Below, one piece after another: positions 1-9,832 of a stretch of 64,000 nucleotides of DNA. The notes beneath the pieces are model-generated. The model worked only from the letters and a program-made list of their open reading frames with translations, was not told where the DNA came from and ran no database searches. Positions within the stretch are counted from its first letter, which is position 1; each line of letters starts with the position of its first letter. The DNA lies in the IMG/VR virus record IMGVR_UViG_3300010163_000005, positions 117,781-181,780 of that record. One strand, given 5' to 3'. Source of the DNA: a virus. Its lineage: Duplodnaviria; Caudoviricetes. The position numbers and the translations under genes were made by a program.

Positions 1-294
1 ATTACATACATATCATATTCGATATATAAAGAATTTTTAAAAGTTAATTCTGATGTAATATTAGAAAAAACATTATCATTTAAAGATTGAAGTAATCGTT
101 TAAGTATATTGTCTGTTTCACCTACCTTATCAAAGTCTAAACTAACAGTGATAAAATATTTATGCCGTTCAATAAATTGCCAAAAATCTTTAATTAAAAA
201 TTTTTTCAACTCACTATTTTTTACATTTTTTGTATTAATTCTCATTGGTATATCCTCCTTTATATCTTCAGTATATTTATAATAAAAGTATTTT

Positions 295-711
295 TTAAGA
301 TTTATTTATATGATAATAAATTGTATTTAAATAATCAAAATCAATTAATGTATTTAAAAAATGTAATTTATAATTTAAAGAAAATATACTATTATTAAAT
401 CCAATGATATCACGTCTATGATAAAGAAAATATTCTAAATCTAAAATATCTTGTTTTTTAATAATATCCAATAAATTTAAAAAAATGTTTATATTTAATT
501 TGTTCATAGGCAAAATGTCTCTTATTATTAAATCACTTATTTTAAACGATTTAATAGGTAATTTTATATTGTTAAATCCACAATATACTTTTATTGATTT
601 TGTAATTTTTACTATTGGTAACGGTATAATTTTAAAATGTTTATTCATTTCTTCTATTATATCAGAAGTTATATTAACATTTATTTTGTTAGGTAAAATT
701 TTAAAAATCAT
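295..711 (-). CDS. Hypothetical protein, small paralog family A (with 2657-3058 and 50279-50740)
   Basis: Shares a KII-x-LP-x-(V/I)-K/Q-(I/V) segment with the two other ORFs; AGGTGA RBS upstream. Confidence 0.6.
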   Translation of the reverse strand: MIFKILPNKINVNITSDIIEEMNKHFKIIPLPIVKITKSIKVYCGFNNIKLPIKSFKISDLIIRDILPMNKLNINIFLNLLDIIKKQDILDLEYFLYHRRDIIGFNNSIFSLNYKLHFLNTLIDFDYLNTIYYHINKS

Positions 712-811
712 TATTGCTCACCTTCTGTACTTAATATTTTATCCATTTTATAAATTTTATATTTTATTAAAATGTTGTAATTATTTACCCTCTCCTTATT
801 TTAATAATTAT

Positions 812-840
812 ATTATATAATATTATTCAATATTTGTCAA
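812..840 (-). promoter_or_regulatory. sigmaA consensus promoter
   Basis: TTGACA (835-840), 17 nt, TATAAT (812-817). Confidence 0.8.
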
Positions 841-937
841 TAATATTATTATATAATTTACAAATATTTATTTTTTATACTATATCATTATTAACTAATA
901 GAGAAATACTACATAAATAGTATTTTTTTATTAGTAT

Positions 938-2566
938 TTAATCATTTTGAGTTATTTTAAGTAAATCATTTGTATTAAGATAATAGTTTTTATTTCGATA
1001 TACTTTATTATATTGTTCTTTTCCCTGAAATTCATCTACAACTTTTTGTTCCTCGGCAGGCATATCATCATATTTAACATTACCATAATAAGGGGGCAAC
1101 CAGTTTTTATTTTTACCTACATAAATATTAAATTTATCAATAAGTTCTTGGTTTGTAAATGTTATATGGCAAGTACCTTTTTTATAAAAAGTAACCTTAA
1201 AGAATTTACATTCAATATTTTTAGGATTGTTTTGAGATTCTTCAATAACATATTTTAAATCAACTTGTTTTGTCATATTACCGTCCAAATAATTCAATGT
1301 TTTTTCAATATCTTGTAATAAATCAAGAGCCTTAGAAACACAAAAATCCATACGATTACTAAAATATTGTTTTTCAAATGCATGACAAGGAATAATGACC
1401 TTATAGTTTATTTTATGAGCAATGTTTGTTTTCCAACCGTTATAATAATGAATATTACCATCACATTCAGGATAATAACTATATTTATGAGTTAATGTAT
1501 CAAATAAACTAACAATTGTTTCTTTTACTCCTTGTTGAATAGAAGCATTCATTTCAACAATAAGATTATTGATATTAAATTCATTAAAATCATACTCTTG
1601 CAATTTATCAACTTTTTCTCTGAATTCATCTTGCATATTACTTGTTAATTTTGACATAAACTTAGGATTAGAAAATAATGCTTTCCAATATTTTAATCTT
1701 ACTTTTTTTAAATAACAATTTACAGTAGCTGTATCATATTTATCATCAAATATTGTCAATTTTAATATAGGGTTTTCAAAATGCAAATCACTAACCATAT
1801 CAAAATTGATATGTTTTTCTAGTGTTTGATAATGCTTTATTAATTCTAAAGAAGATTTCACTTCTATATTAAAAAGTTGAACAGCTTTTTTAATATAATC
1901 ATCAATAATAATTTCTGTCTCGTCCTCTTTAGAACTATATTTGTATTCTTCTGCTTTTTGAAATTGCTCCCACCATGGATTTTCCTGTTGAGTAGCTTCA
2001 ATATGAATTTTTATTAATGCTACTTCTACATCAGTTTTTCTTTCCGCTTTAGAAAAAGTATCATTAATATATTTAATATCAGCATTATGCTTATTTAAAA
2101 TTTGCAATAACACTTTTCTTTTATTTGAATAAGGATTTTTAATTGTTTCAGCATTAAGAATACAAACAATGTCTCCTCCATTTTTTTGTAAATCTAATGC
2201 TTTTAAAAGATGTTCCTCTCCATCTTTAAATGGTGGATTCATTATGATTAAATCATATTTCTTAAACGGATTGAATGTTAAAAAATCGTCCCAAACAACT
2301 TTATATTGTTTGTTTTTTAAAATTGCCTGCAAATTTTTATCAATTTCAATACAATCCACATCCAAGTCAACATTTCTACAATAATAACTAATTATAGAAT
2401 TATATTTCTTCATAAGACTTTCCACTATATTACCTTTACCCGCAGACGGTTCAAGAACGCTTGCTACATATCTTAAATCCAAACCTTCAAGCATTTTATC
2501 AATTAATGCTTGCGGTGTTGGATAAAATTGATTGTCTTTCTCTGTATAATTTACCATATCATTCAT
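938..2566 (-). CDS. N6-adenine DNA methyltransferase with DUF4942-type C-terminal domain
   Basis: QFYPTP, VLEPSAGKG (motif I), IIMNPPF (motif IV), C-terminal FFKVTFYKKGTCHITF. Start moved to MNDMV (2566), which has an AAGGAG RBS; a promoter lies at 2603-2632. Confidence 0.88.
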   Translation of the reverse strand: MNDMVNYTEKDNQFYPTPQALIDKMLEGLDLRYVASVLEPSAGKGNIVESLMKKYNSIISYYCRNVDLDVDCIEIDKNLQAILKNKQYKVVWDDFLTFNPFKKYDLIIMNPPFKDGEEHLLKALDLQKNGGDIVCILNAETIKNPYSNKRKVLLQILNKHNADIKYINDTFSKAERKTDVEVALIKIHIEATQQENPWWEQFQKAEEYKYSSKEDETEIIIDDYIKKAVQLFNIEVKSSLELIKHYQTLEKHINFDMVSDLHFENPILKLTIFDDKYDTATVNCYLKKVRLKYWKALFSNPKFMSKLTSNMQDEFREKVDKLQEYDFNEFNINNLIVEMNASIQQGVKETIVSLFDTLTHKYSYYPECDGNIHYYNGWKTNIAHKINYKVIIPCHAFEKQYFSNRMDFCVSKALDLLQDIEKTLNYLDGNMTKQVDLKYVIEESQNNPKNIECKFFKVTFYKKGTCHITFTNQELIDKFNIYVGKNKNWLPPYYGNVKYDDMPAEEQKVVDEFQGKEQYNKVYRNKNYYLNTNDLLKITQND

Positions 2567-2656
2567 TTTAAACGCTCCTTTGTATATTTTTTTATTAATT
2601 ATATTATATAACAATTACTATAACTATGTCAACAATATTATTGTTTATTATACAAT

Positions 2657-3058
2657 TTATTTTATAATACCATACCATTTTTTTAAATTTTTCATTTGAT
2701 AATTATAGATATAGTCATAAAACCCACAATCTTTTCTATACACTATACTATAAGTAGATATATCTATAAAAGTTAGAAATATTGGATCATCAATATCATC
2801 ATAAATTACCATATAATAATTATTTTCTATAATGTATTCTTTTCTTATTAATTGCAATATTTTAGCACTAACATCTAAAGTTAAACATTGTAAATCAATT
2901 ATATTATTGTTATTCATATTATACATTTTAGATAATTTTAAATAAAATTTTAATTTTACTGGTACTTTAATAGTAGGTAAATTAATAATTTTATATTTAT
3001 TTATTAATGAAAAATTAATATATGGTACTTTTATATTGACTAAAACACCTACACTCAT
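2657..3058 (-). CDS. Hypothetical protein, paralog family A
   Basis: YKIINLPTIKV matches 295-711 and 50279-50740; AAAGGA RBS. Confidence 0.6.
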   Translation of the reverse strand: MSVGVLVNIKVPYINFSLINKYKIINLPTIKVPVKLKFYLKLSKMYNMNNNNIIDLQCLTLDVSAKILQLIRKEYIIENNYYMVIYDDIDDPIFLTFIDISTYSIVYRKDCGFYDYIYNYQMKNLKKWYGIIK

Positions 3059-3605
3059 ATTTTATTATCCTTTCATATATAAATTACTTTTATAATAAAT
3101 TGTTAATTTAATTTATTCAGAATACATTTTACATTATCGTCAATATGAAGTTCTATATCATTAACCTTTAAATCATCATAAGTATTATGACAACAGCACT
3201 TAGAACAAGATAAATCATTGTATGTTAAATTTAAATTAACAACATCTTGTTCAAACATTGAATTAGCTATTGTTTTAGTTTTTTGATAATCCATATAATT
3301 AAAAAATGTATTCATTTATATTCACCGTTCCTTTCTTTTATATAATATAAATACACATTTATTAAAATAATATAAATTTATAAGCTATAATTACTTTAAT
3401 TTATATTTTACAATGACACTACTCCTTATATAGGGTAATTATAGCCTATATTCCCTTTATTAAGAGATTTACACAATTATTATATATAACACTACTAATT
3501 AATTTCATTTGCCTAATATCGGTTTTTAAAGGCTTTTACAGTAGGTATATAAAACATTTAATCAAAATATTTATATTAACTATTTTATTATACCGATATA
3601 TAATT

Positions 3606-3995
3606 TTATTTACTTATTCTGCTCAATATTTCTTTTGCTTTATATAAAGTTTCTTTATCAAACCAACCAAAATGACATTCATTAACAGGTATATCAAGAA
3701 GTTTAGCTAACATTTTATAAGCATCTGTTCTCTTAATATTTTTATTGTTTTGCCATATAGGATCAAATAAAGTATGACATTCTTTTTTTAATTCTCTCAA
3801 TTCTTTATTTGCCAATATACCTAATGGTATATTAGTACCTGTATGAACTCCAACATATGAATCACAATTAATACACTTATAACACATTCCATTACCATAC
3901 TGTTTACCATATATCGCAACATTTGAAGTAAAAATAACAGGAGAATTACAATATGGGCAAACTGTTGGAATAGGATAATAATTAATTTTTTTCAT
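3606..3995 (-). CDS. DUF3268-like zinc-finger protein
   Basis: CPYC...CINCDSYVGVH..T..PLG.LA..ELR..K..CH..FD..W, ECHFGWFD. Confidence 0.8.
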   Translation of the reverse strand: MKKINYYPIPTVCPYCNSPVIFTSNVAIYGKQYGNGMCYKCINCDSYVGVHTGTNIPLGILANKELRELKKECHTLFDPIWQNNKNIKRTDAYKMLAKLLDIPVNECHFGWFDKETLYKAKEILSRISK

Positions 3996-4082
3996 ACATT
4001 ATTCACCCTTTCATTGTGATTTATCTATAATACTTTTAATCTATTAAAATTTATAAATTTTAATAAATATTTATGCATCCTA

Positions 4083-4592
4083 TTAAATCTCTCTTACATC
4101 AAAATCTGTATACAAAGAAGTTGCTGAACAATTATCTATATATGTAATAAATTGTTTAGCTACAAATTCATACACAAACAAAATTTCATTATTATGGACT
4201 TCATTGTTTTTACTTAAAACTTCTTTTATTCTAAGAAAGTCATTGTTTAAATTATTATATTCCATAAATCTTTTATTAAAATAAAAAGTATATTTGTATT
4301 TATAAATACTTCTATCACAATCAACCATATCAATAAAAAAAGATTTATTATAATAATTAAACATTTCTTTAAGAGTGCTTGCAAACAATATTCCTTTTAT
4401 TTGATTTAAAGTCATATCAGAATAAACAATATAATTAAATATTATGTCATATTTCTGTATAAAATGCGATATATTCTTAGAGAAATGTTTTATTATCCAA
4501 CTATAAGTCAATGGTTGAAATTCTTCTGTAGACAATGTATCATAACAATTACGATAAAATATTGTATACATTATTATATTCATTCCTTTCAT
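4083..4592 (-). CDS. Hypothetical protein
   Basis: 169-aa ORF on the coding strand. Confidence 0.55.
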   Translation of the reverse strand: MKGMNIIMYTIFYRNCYDTLSTEEFQPLTYSWIIKHFSKNISHFIQKYDIIFNYIVYSDMTLNQIKGILFASTLKEMFNYYNKSFFIDMVDCDRSIYKYKYTFYFNKRFMEYNNLNNDFLRIKEVLSKNNEVHNNEILFVYEFVAKQFITYIDNCSATSLYTDFDVREI

Positions 4593-4737
4593 CTATAATA
4601 ATTACACTACTAATGATATAGTTATTTTATAATCCACATTAACAAGATTAAATATTTTATTTGTTTTTATAAAAAATATTTTTTTATTATATAACATTTT
4701 TTATATTAAGTGTATTATATATTATAAATATAATTTA

Positions 4738-4777
4738 AAAAAAGGGAAGGGAACGTTTTCTCTCTCCCCTTTTTTTA
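4738..4777 (-). terminator. Intrinsic terminator
   Basis: Imperfect GC-rich hairpin flanked by A and T tracts, just after 4781-5962. Confidence 0.6.
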
Positions 4778-4780
4778 CAA

Positions 4781-5962
4781 TTAAGCTATCACTTTACATC
4801 TGGTCAGTTCAGTTTGTTTTACTGAATTAAATTCATTATGTGCTTTTACAGTACCTATAAGTTGATTTACATTATTTATACACTTGGTAGTTTTCCAAGT
4901 ATAAATATTTTTATTTTCATCAGTAAACTTATATACATATGTCATTCCAAATTCTGTCAGCCAACTTGTTATTTTTTTAGTATCAATAACAGTAATTGTT
5001 ATACGATCTTTTATATTTCCAACATGTTGAGAAATTAATTTTTGCTTTCGTTGTTGTTGTATTTGCTGTATTCTTTCATTTTCAGTTTCTATTGCTCTTG
5101 TATAAGTAGGAATTAAACTTACTAATATACCTATATTATTAAAGGTTATATAAGGTGTCTCACATACAACCCTTAAATTGTTCATATAGTTATTAATTAC
5201 TTGTTGTTTTTTAAGCCACTCTAAGGCTTTAGCTGACAAATTAACCGCATAATTAGATTTATAATTAAAATTAACTTTTTGCATTAACTCTTTTATATAT
5301 TTTTCATCAACTCCGATTGGAATATTATTATCAATATAATAAAACTTCTCTGTCATATTTCTTGTAGAATCTGCATTACCAGATTTAACATAACCAAAAT
5401 GTCTAACTGTTTCAGCGGCATATTGCAAAACAATTTGTGTTTCAACGTAATATTGAGGATATGAATGTAAATTATCTATTGTTTCTCCCTGAATTAATGT
5501 ATCAAAACAACTGATGTATTCTGCTACACTTTCTGCACTCATACCATTTGTAAAATCTTTTAAGCAAGTCTTACCAACTTGTTTAAAATCACCTGTAACA
5601 ATATTATAAACCAAATATGTGAATTTTCTACGTCTATGGCTATTACAATGTTCACAAGAGGTATCTGTTGTATAGTATTTTTCTGGAACTTCAATATCAC
5701 AACATTTTTTTATAATGTTACCATTATCGGTATGTTCGATTACGCCGACAAACTGCCAATTATTAATTATTGCTTTACCTTCAACGTTTACAACAATGTA
5801 TTTTACAATTCGTTTGTTATGTCTTTCATCTTCCACTTCAACAAATTCTTCTCCTAACTTTTCATACAAAAAATAGTTTCCATATTTTTCACATTTACGC
5901 TTTATTCTGTTCAACTTTTTTTCAAGTCTTTCCATATTGCCCTCAAAGATTTTAAATTTCAT
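4781..5962 (-). CDS. Conserved phage/plasmid hypothetical protein (CxxC/C Zn site, C-terminal OB-fold-like segment)
   Basis: CEHC..HRRR...QVGKTCLKDF; C-terminal GTVKAHNEFNSVKQTELTRCKV; strong RBS and its own promoter. Confidence 0.7.
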   Translation of the reverse strand: MKFKIFEGNMERLEKKLNRIKRKCEKYGNYFLYEKLGEEFVEVEDERHNKRIVKYIVVNVEGKAIINNWQFVGVIEHTDNGNIIKKCCDIEVPEKYYTTDTSCEHCNSHRRRKFTYLVYNIVTGDFKQVGKTCLKDFTNGMSAESVAEYISCFDTLIQGETIDNLHSYPQYYVETQIVLQYAAETVRHFGYVKSGNADSTRNMTEKFYYIDNNIPIGVDEKYIKELMQKVNFNYKSNYAVNLSAKALEWLKKQQVINNYMNNLRVVCETPYITFNNIGILVSLIPTYTRAIETENERIQQIQQQRKQKLISQHVGNIKDRITITVIDTKKITSWLTEFGMTYVYKFTDENKNIYTWKTTKCINNVNQLIGTVKAHNEFNSVKQTELTRCKVIA

Positions 5963-6071
5963 ATCAATCGTCTCCTTCTATCTTAACGTATTTAGACTTT
6001 ATGTATATCTTTAACTTAATTATATTATATCAAATATTTAAAACTTTGTCAACAATTATTTTTAAAAAATA
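5956..6071 (-). repeat. 116-bp promoter-leader-RBS-start cassette, copy 1 (copy 2 at 57991-58106)
   Basis: 6 mismatches in 116 nt by manual alignment; contains TTGACA-17-TATAAT (6024-6052) and AAGGAG. Confidence 0.92.
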
Positions 6072-6115
6072 AAAAAATAGGTTAATTAATATATAATTAA
6101 CCTATTAGAAAAAGA

Positions 6116-8371
6116 TTACAGATATTCGCTTACAATAATGTCAATATCAAAAGGTGTAATAATAGTTTTATTTTTAAAATCATTTTCTTCTATATTAGTT
6201 TCTTCAATACTATTTTTTTCCATATGAGTTTTTTCTATATTATTTTCTACATCAAAAATAATGTTAGCACTTTCTTTATTATCTACCTTTATTCCTCTTA
6301 CTATAGCATTTAACTCAAATAAATCATATAAATTAGGTTTATTCATATTTACTATACTATAACAAGTTGCAATAACATTATTTAATTGACTTTCAACATT
6401 ATAAAGACAGTACTTATTATTATAATATAAATAATTCTCTAATGGCAATGATATATCACACCAAATAAATTCTTTTTTAACAAGATCAAAAATTACTGGG
6501 ACACAAGAAGCACTTTTCATTGTCAAGTCCATTTTTTGTTCTACTGTTTTTGGCTCATATATTTCACCTGAATTACAATCTCGTCTGTTCATCCACCCAA
6601 ACATAGCATTAGGTAATTCATTAAAATTATTACCATTAAAACTATATACTTGATAAACCACATAGCGTACTCCGTTATCAATGTTACTCTTTATATCAAT
6701 ATCAATAAATTCACTAACACCTACACCATTTGGATCTCCACCATTAGTTATATCTCCCGAATGATACGATTTATATAAATCAGATTTTAAATTAGTATAT
6801 GATATATGAGTTAAATATTGCCATTTTTCATCAAACATTACTGCCGACAAATCTAAATCTATTACATCTTTATTAAATGTATTAGTCCACCAAATAAACG
6901 CTCTTAATGTTGTAACTTGTTCATCAAGACTTACTCTTGAACCTTTTGTTATAGTTTTTAAAGCCTTACTTGCACTTCGTTGACTAAAAGGAATTATATA
7001 ATTCTTTAACTTTTCCGATATATATACATTACCTAATAGACTTCTGCCCTGATATTTACTCATTAAAGCATTTTTACATATTAAAACAATCATATTACAA
7101 TACTTATTTTCAATTTCTTTTAATGTATTATCAATATAATAACTTTTAGCCATATTACCTTTTGGAAAAAATACTCTATATTTTAAATTTTCATTTCTAT
7201 GTTCAAAATGATTTTTTACCTGCCATAAAACAGGTGTAGAAATTTGATTAGCAATAGTTTTAAAAATATCGACAATTAATTGTTTATCATCTATATTCCT
7301 TAATAAAAAGTCTAATTTTCTTGCAAATTCTCCTGGTCTATCTTTTAATATATTAACTAAATCTTTATACTTTTTATTAGCAATAAATGCTTCAACCTTG
7401 CTATTAAATGTTTCTATTTTTATGTTATTACGCAATTTATCAAAAGCCTTGACAACTTTGTCAAATTGTTTATATTCAAAAGGATGTAATTTTTCACCAA
7501 TACGAATCCATTTATTTTTATATCGTTTCATATCTTCTTCAATATTATTGCAATTATTTAACAACAATAATATTAATTTCCGCTCTTTACGTTTAAAGTT
7601 TCTATATTTAGTATTAGAAGCTAAACTAATATCTCCATTTGACATAGCCGTTATTAATCGCAATACATCTGTTGCTGTTTTAATAAATTTTGATATTTTA
7701 TTAAACGAATTTAAATTAGGCACACTATAACATTCTGAATTTAAAATATTAAATATTTCTTGATGATTTTCTATATATATTTTGAGGATAAAAGCAACAT
7801 TTTCCTTTAAAGGTATTTCGTTTGGCAACGAAATATCAACATTTTTAAAAATTTGTGATATATCTTCTTTATCAATATTAGACAAAGAAGTTTTAGATGT
7901 ACACAAATTATTAAATATATTATATATATCTGATATATTCCCTAAATCAATCATTTTTACTTTATCAATATCAAATAGAGGTAATCGTTCATCTTTTTGT
8001 TCATTAGGATATAAGTTTCCATTTGACCAATAATGAGCAATTGCATTAAAATATAATTCACTTTCTTCCCTGCTCATTATAGACATAGGAAAATTAGGAT
8101 ACATAGGATTATAAGTCACATTTGCTCCAACTAACTTTTTTAATATAGGAATTAAATTTAAATAAAAATTTTGTAACTCTTGTATGTTGTATGTACATAA
8201 TAAATCAACAACATTTTTAGATAAAGTATATCCTAATTTTTCTATATTTTTTAAAATAGTAGATATGTACTCTTTATAATCTAATGATGGATATACGCTT
8301 GAACCTAAAATTAATTTATTTTTTCTTCTTAATAAAATCTCATTTAATAAAAAATTATCTGCTATATTCAT
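6116..8371 (-). CDS. ROT/TROVE-like helical-repeat protein with C-terminal TerD domain (Prok-RING_4-type architecture, no obvious RING finger)
   Basis: N-terminal YNPMYPNFP; TATDVLR; KLHPFEY; RPGEFARKLD; TerD-like IDLDLSA...HSGDITNG...SEFIDID; GGAGG RBS. Confidence 0.78.
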   Translation of the reverse strand: MNIADNFLLNEILLRRKNKLILGSSVYPSLDYKEYISTILKNIEKLGYTLSKNVVDLLCTYNIQELQNFYLNLIPILKKLVGANVTYNPMYPNFPMSIMSREESELYFNAIAHYWSNGNLYPNEQKDERLPLFDIDKVKMIDLGNISDIYNIFNNLCTSKTSLSNIDKEDISQIFKNVDISLPNEIPLKENVAFILKIYIENHQEIFNILNSECYSVPNLNSFNKISKFIKTATDVLRLITAMSNGDISLASNTKYRNFKRKERKLILLLLNNCNNIEEDMKRYKNKWIRIGEKLHPFEYKQFDKVVKAFDKLRNNIKIETFNSKVEAFIANKKYKDLVNILKDRPGEFARKLDFLLRNIDDKQLIVDIFKTIANQISTPVLWQVKNHFEHRNENLKYRVFFPKGNMAKSYYIDNTLKEIENKYCNMIVLICKNALMSKYQGRSLLGNVYISEKLKNYIIPFSQRSASKALKTITKGSRVSLDEQVTTLRAFIWWTNTFNKDVIDLDLSAVMFDEKWQYLTHISYTNLKSDLYKSYHSGDITNGGDPNGVGVSEFIDIDIKSNIDNGVRYVVYQVYSFNGNNFNELPNAMFGWMNRRDCNSGEIYEPKTVEQKMDLTMKSASCVPVIFDLVKKEFIWCDISLPLENYLYYNNKYCLYNVESQLNNVIATCYSIVNMNKPNLYDLFELNAIVRGIKVDNKESANIIFDVENNIEKTHMEKNSIEETNIEENDFKNKTIITPFDIDIIVSEYL

Positions 8372-8387
8372 AAAATCCTCCTAAAAA

Positions 8388-8454
8388 AGAAATTAGCAAC
8401 AGTAACTCTATGTTTTCAACTTAATTGATCAAAGAAGGAACTGTTGCTATAGCC
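8388..8454 (-). ncRNA. Y-RNA-like structured RNA, unit 3
   Basis: GG-CUA-UAGCAACAGU-UCCUUCUU...ACUGUUGCUA-AUUU-CU; perfect 10-bp stem. Confidence 0.75.
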
Positions 8455-8465
8455 TTTATATAACA

Positions 8466-8569
8466 AAATGGGAATTACAAAACCTATAAGTATTTCTCAA
8501 AATACGACTAGGAAAATCAAAATATGATTCGCCTAGTAACAAAGAAGGAAGGCTTTAGTATAACCATTT
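8466..8569 (-). ncRNA. Y-RNA-like structured RNA, unit 2
   Basis: AAAUGG-UUA-UACUAAAGCCU-UCCUUCUU...two inner hairpins...AGGUUUUGUA-AUUC-CCAUUU. Confidence 0.75.
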
Positions 8570-8576
8570 ATTTTAA

Positions 8577-8651
8577 ATAGGCAATTAAATATTCTATTTA
8601 TACTTACTACATTTGTAATCATTAGAAGAAGGAAGAATATTTATATCCTAT
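8577..8651 (-). ncRNA. Y-RNA-like structured RNA, unit 1
   Basis: AUAGG-AUA-UAAAUAUUCU-UCCUUCUU...AGAAUAUUUA-AUUG-CCUAU; begins at the predicted TSS. Confidence 0.75.
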
Positions 8652-8660
8652 ATAAAAACT

Positions 8661-8689
8661 ATTATACTACATAATAATCTTTATGTCAA
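8661..8689 (-). promoter_or_regulatory. sigmaA promoter driving the ncRNA array and the TROVE-TerD gene
   Basis: TTGACA 8684-8689, 17 nt, TATAAT 8661-8666; predicted TSS ~8654. Confidence 0.85.
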
Positions 8690-9109
8690 CTATAATTTTT
8701 ATAAAATGATTTTAAAAATAAAAACACCATAGAATAATATTTTCTATAATATATTTATTGTAATTTATAGTAATATTTAATATTTTACTTAACTCTCTCC
8801 CTCTCTTTTATAAATTATTTAACAACCCATTTGTCAATATATGGCATATTTTTTATCTATCTTTTTTAATTCTTCTGTTTTCTTTTGTGATGAATATACT
8901 CCTTGTACAAATAAATCACCCATACAACCCCACATTATTACATATATATTTTTATTAATCCTCTCCTTTTTATAAAAATTTTCCTATCTCTTAATATTAA
9001 TTATATTATAATAAATAATTTTAATATTGCCAATAATTTGTAAAAAATAAAAACACCACAGATAAACACGTCCGTGATGCCTCTATATTAATAAGATCTT
9101 ATTACTTAT

Positions 9110-9480
9110 CTAATACATTTTTTTAATGCAATTATTTGCTAAATATATGATTTTTTTAATTATATATTTATGTTTCAACATAATTTTTTTAAAATAAATT
9201 CTCATTTCCTCTCTTGAAATTATTTTATTTAAAGTTTTTCCATTTGAAGTAACCTTTACCCAATGAGTTTCTTTACATATTTTATTTCTTAACGCCAAGC
9301 TGTATATATGCCAAAAATTTCAAAACCCTGTTCTGATAAGTTTTTTATATTGTTATCATTATTTATTTTGTCTATTGATTTTTCATCATATTCTAAATTA
9401 TAAGAATTATTAAAATTGTAATAAACTTCTGTTACAAAAGGGCCATACTCCTATGCAATAATATTTTCATCACTCTAAAT
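9110..9480 (-). pseudogene. Panacea/SocA (DUF4065-like) antitoxin pseudogene
   Basis: DENIIA*EYGPFVTEVY (TAG at the conserved Trp), then FGIYTAW, a frameshift, and ALRNKICKETHW...IISREEMRIYFK. Confidence 0.65.
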
Positions 9481-9562
9481 ACCACAAATAATTAAAAATA
9501 AATAATAATTTTATATTAGCTATTATCAATTCTATATAATACATTAATACTTATATACTTTA

Positions 9563-9805
9563 TTATTTATCTAATTTATATCTTTCCCAATCCAAAGTGG
9601 TAACATATAAAGTTGTTTTACATTTTGAACAATAAGTTATCTTAAACCTATCATTATCATTTGTTAATAAATTCCATTTATGATTACATTTTGTTGTATC
9701 TTCTAATTGTTCTATACTATCTATTGAAAAATAATATACCAAAAAAAGTGACATAAAAAATAAAAATAAGATTATCATAATAATTGCTAAAATTTTTTTA
9801 CTCAT
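9563..9805 (-). CDS. Small membrane-anchored protein with Cys/His motif
   Basis: N-terminal TM helix, C.H.W...CSKC. Confidence 0.55.
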   Translation of the reverse strand: MSKKILAIIMIILFLFFMSLFLVYYFSIDSIEQLEDTTKCNHKWNLLTNDNDRFKITYCSKCKTTLYVTTLDWERYKLDK

Positions 9806-9832
9806 AAAATCTCTCCAATATCCATTATAAAA

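Noticed and set aside
6116-8371. Tellurite-resistance (ter) operon
   Set aside because: Only one fused TerD domain; no terA/B/C/Z genes nearby.
8388-8651. Mini-CRISPR array (repeated AAGAAGGAA every ~90-115 nt)
   Set aside because: The identical part is only ~9 nt, unit lengths vary, conservation is structural, and there are no cas genes in the window.
8388-8651. Three stacked intrinsic terminators
   Set aside because: The loops are ~35-65 nt with a conserved motif, and the units lie between a promoter and the gene it must express.
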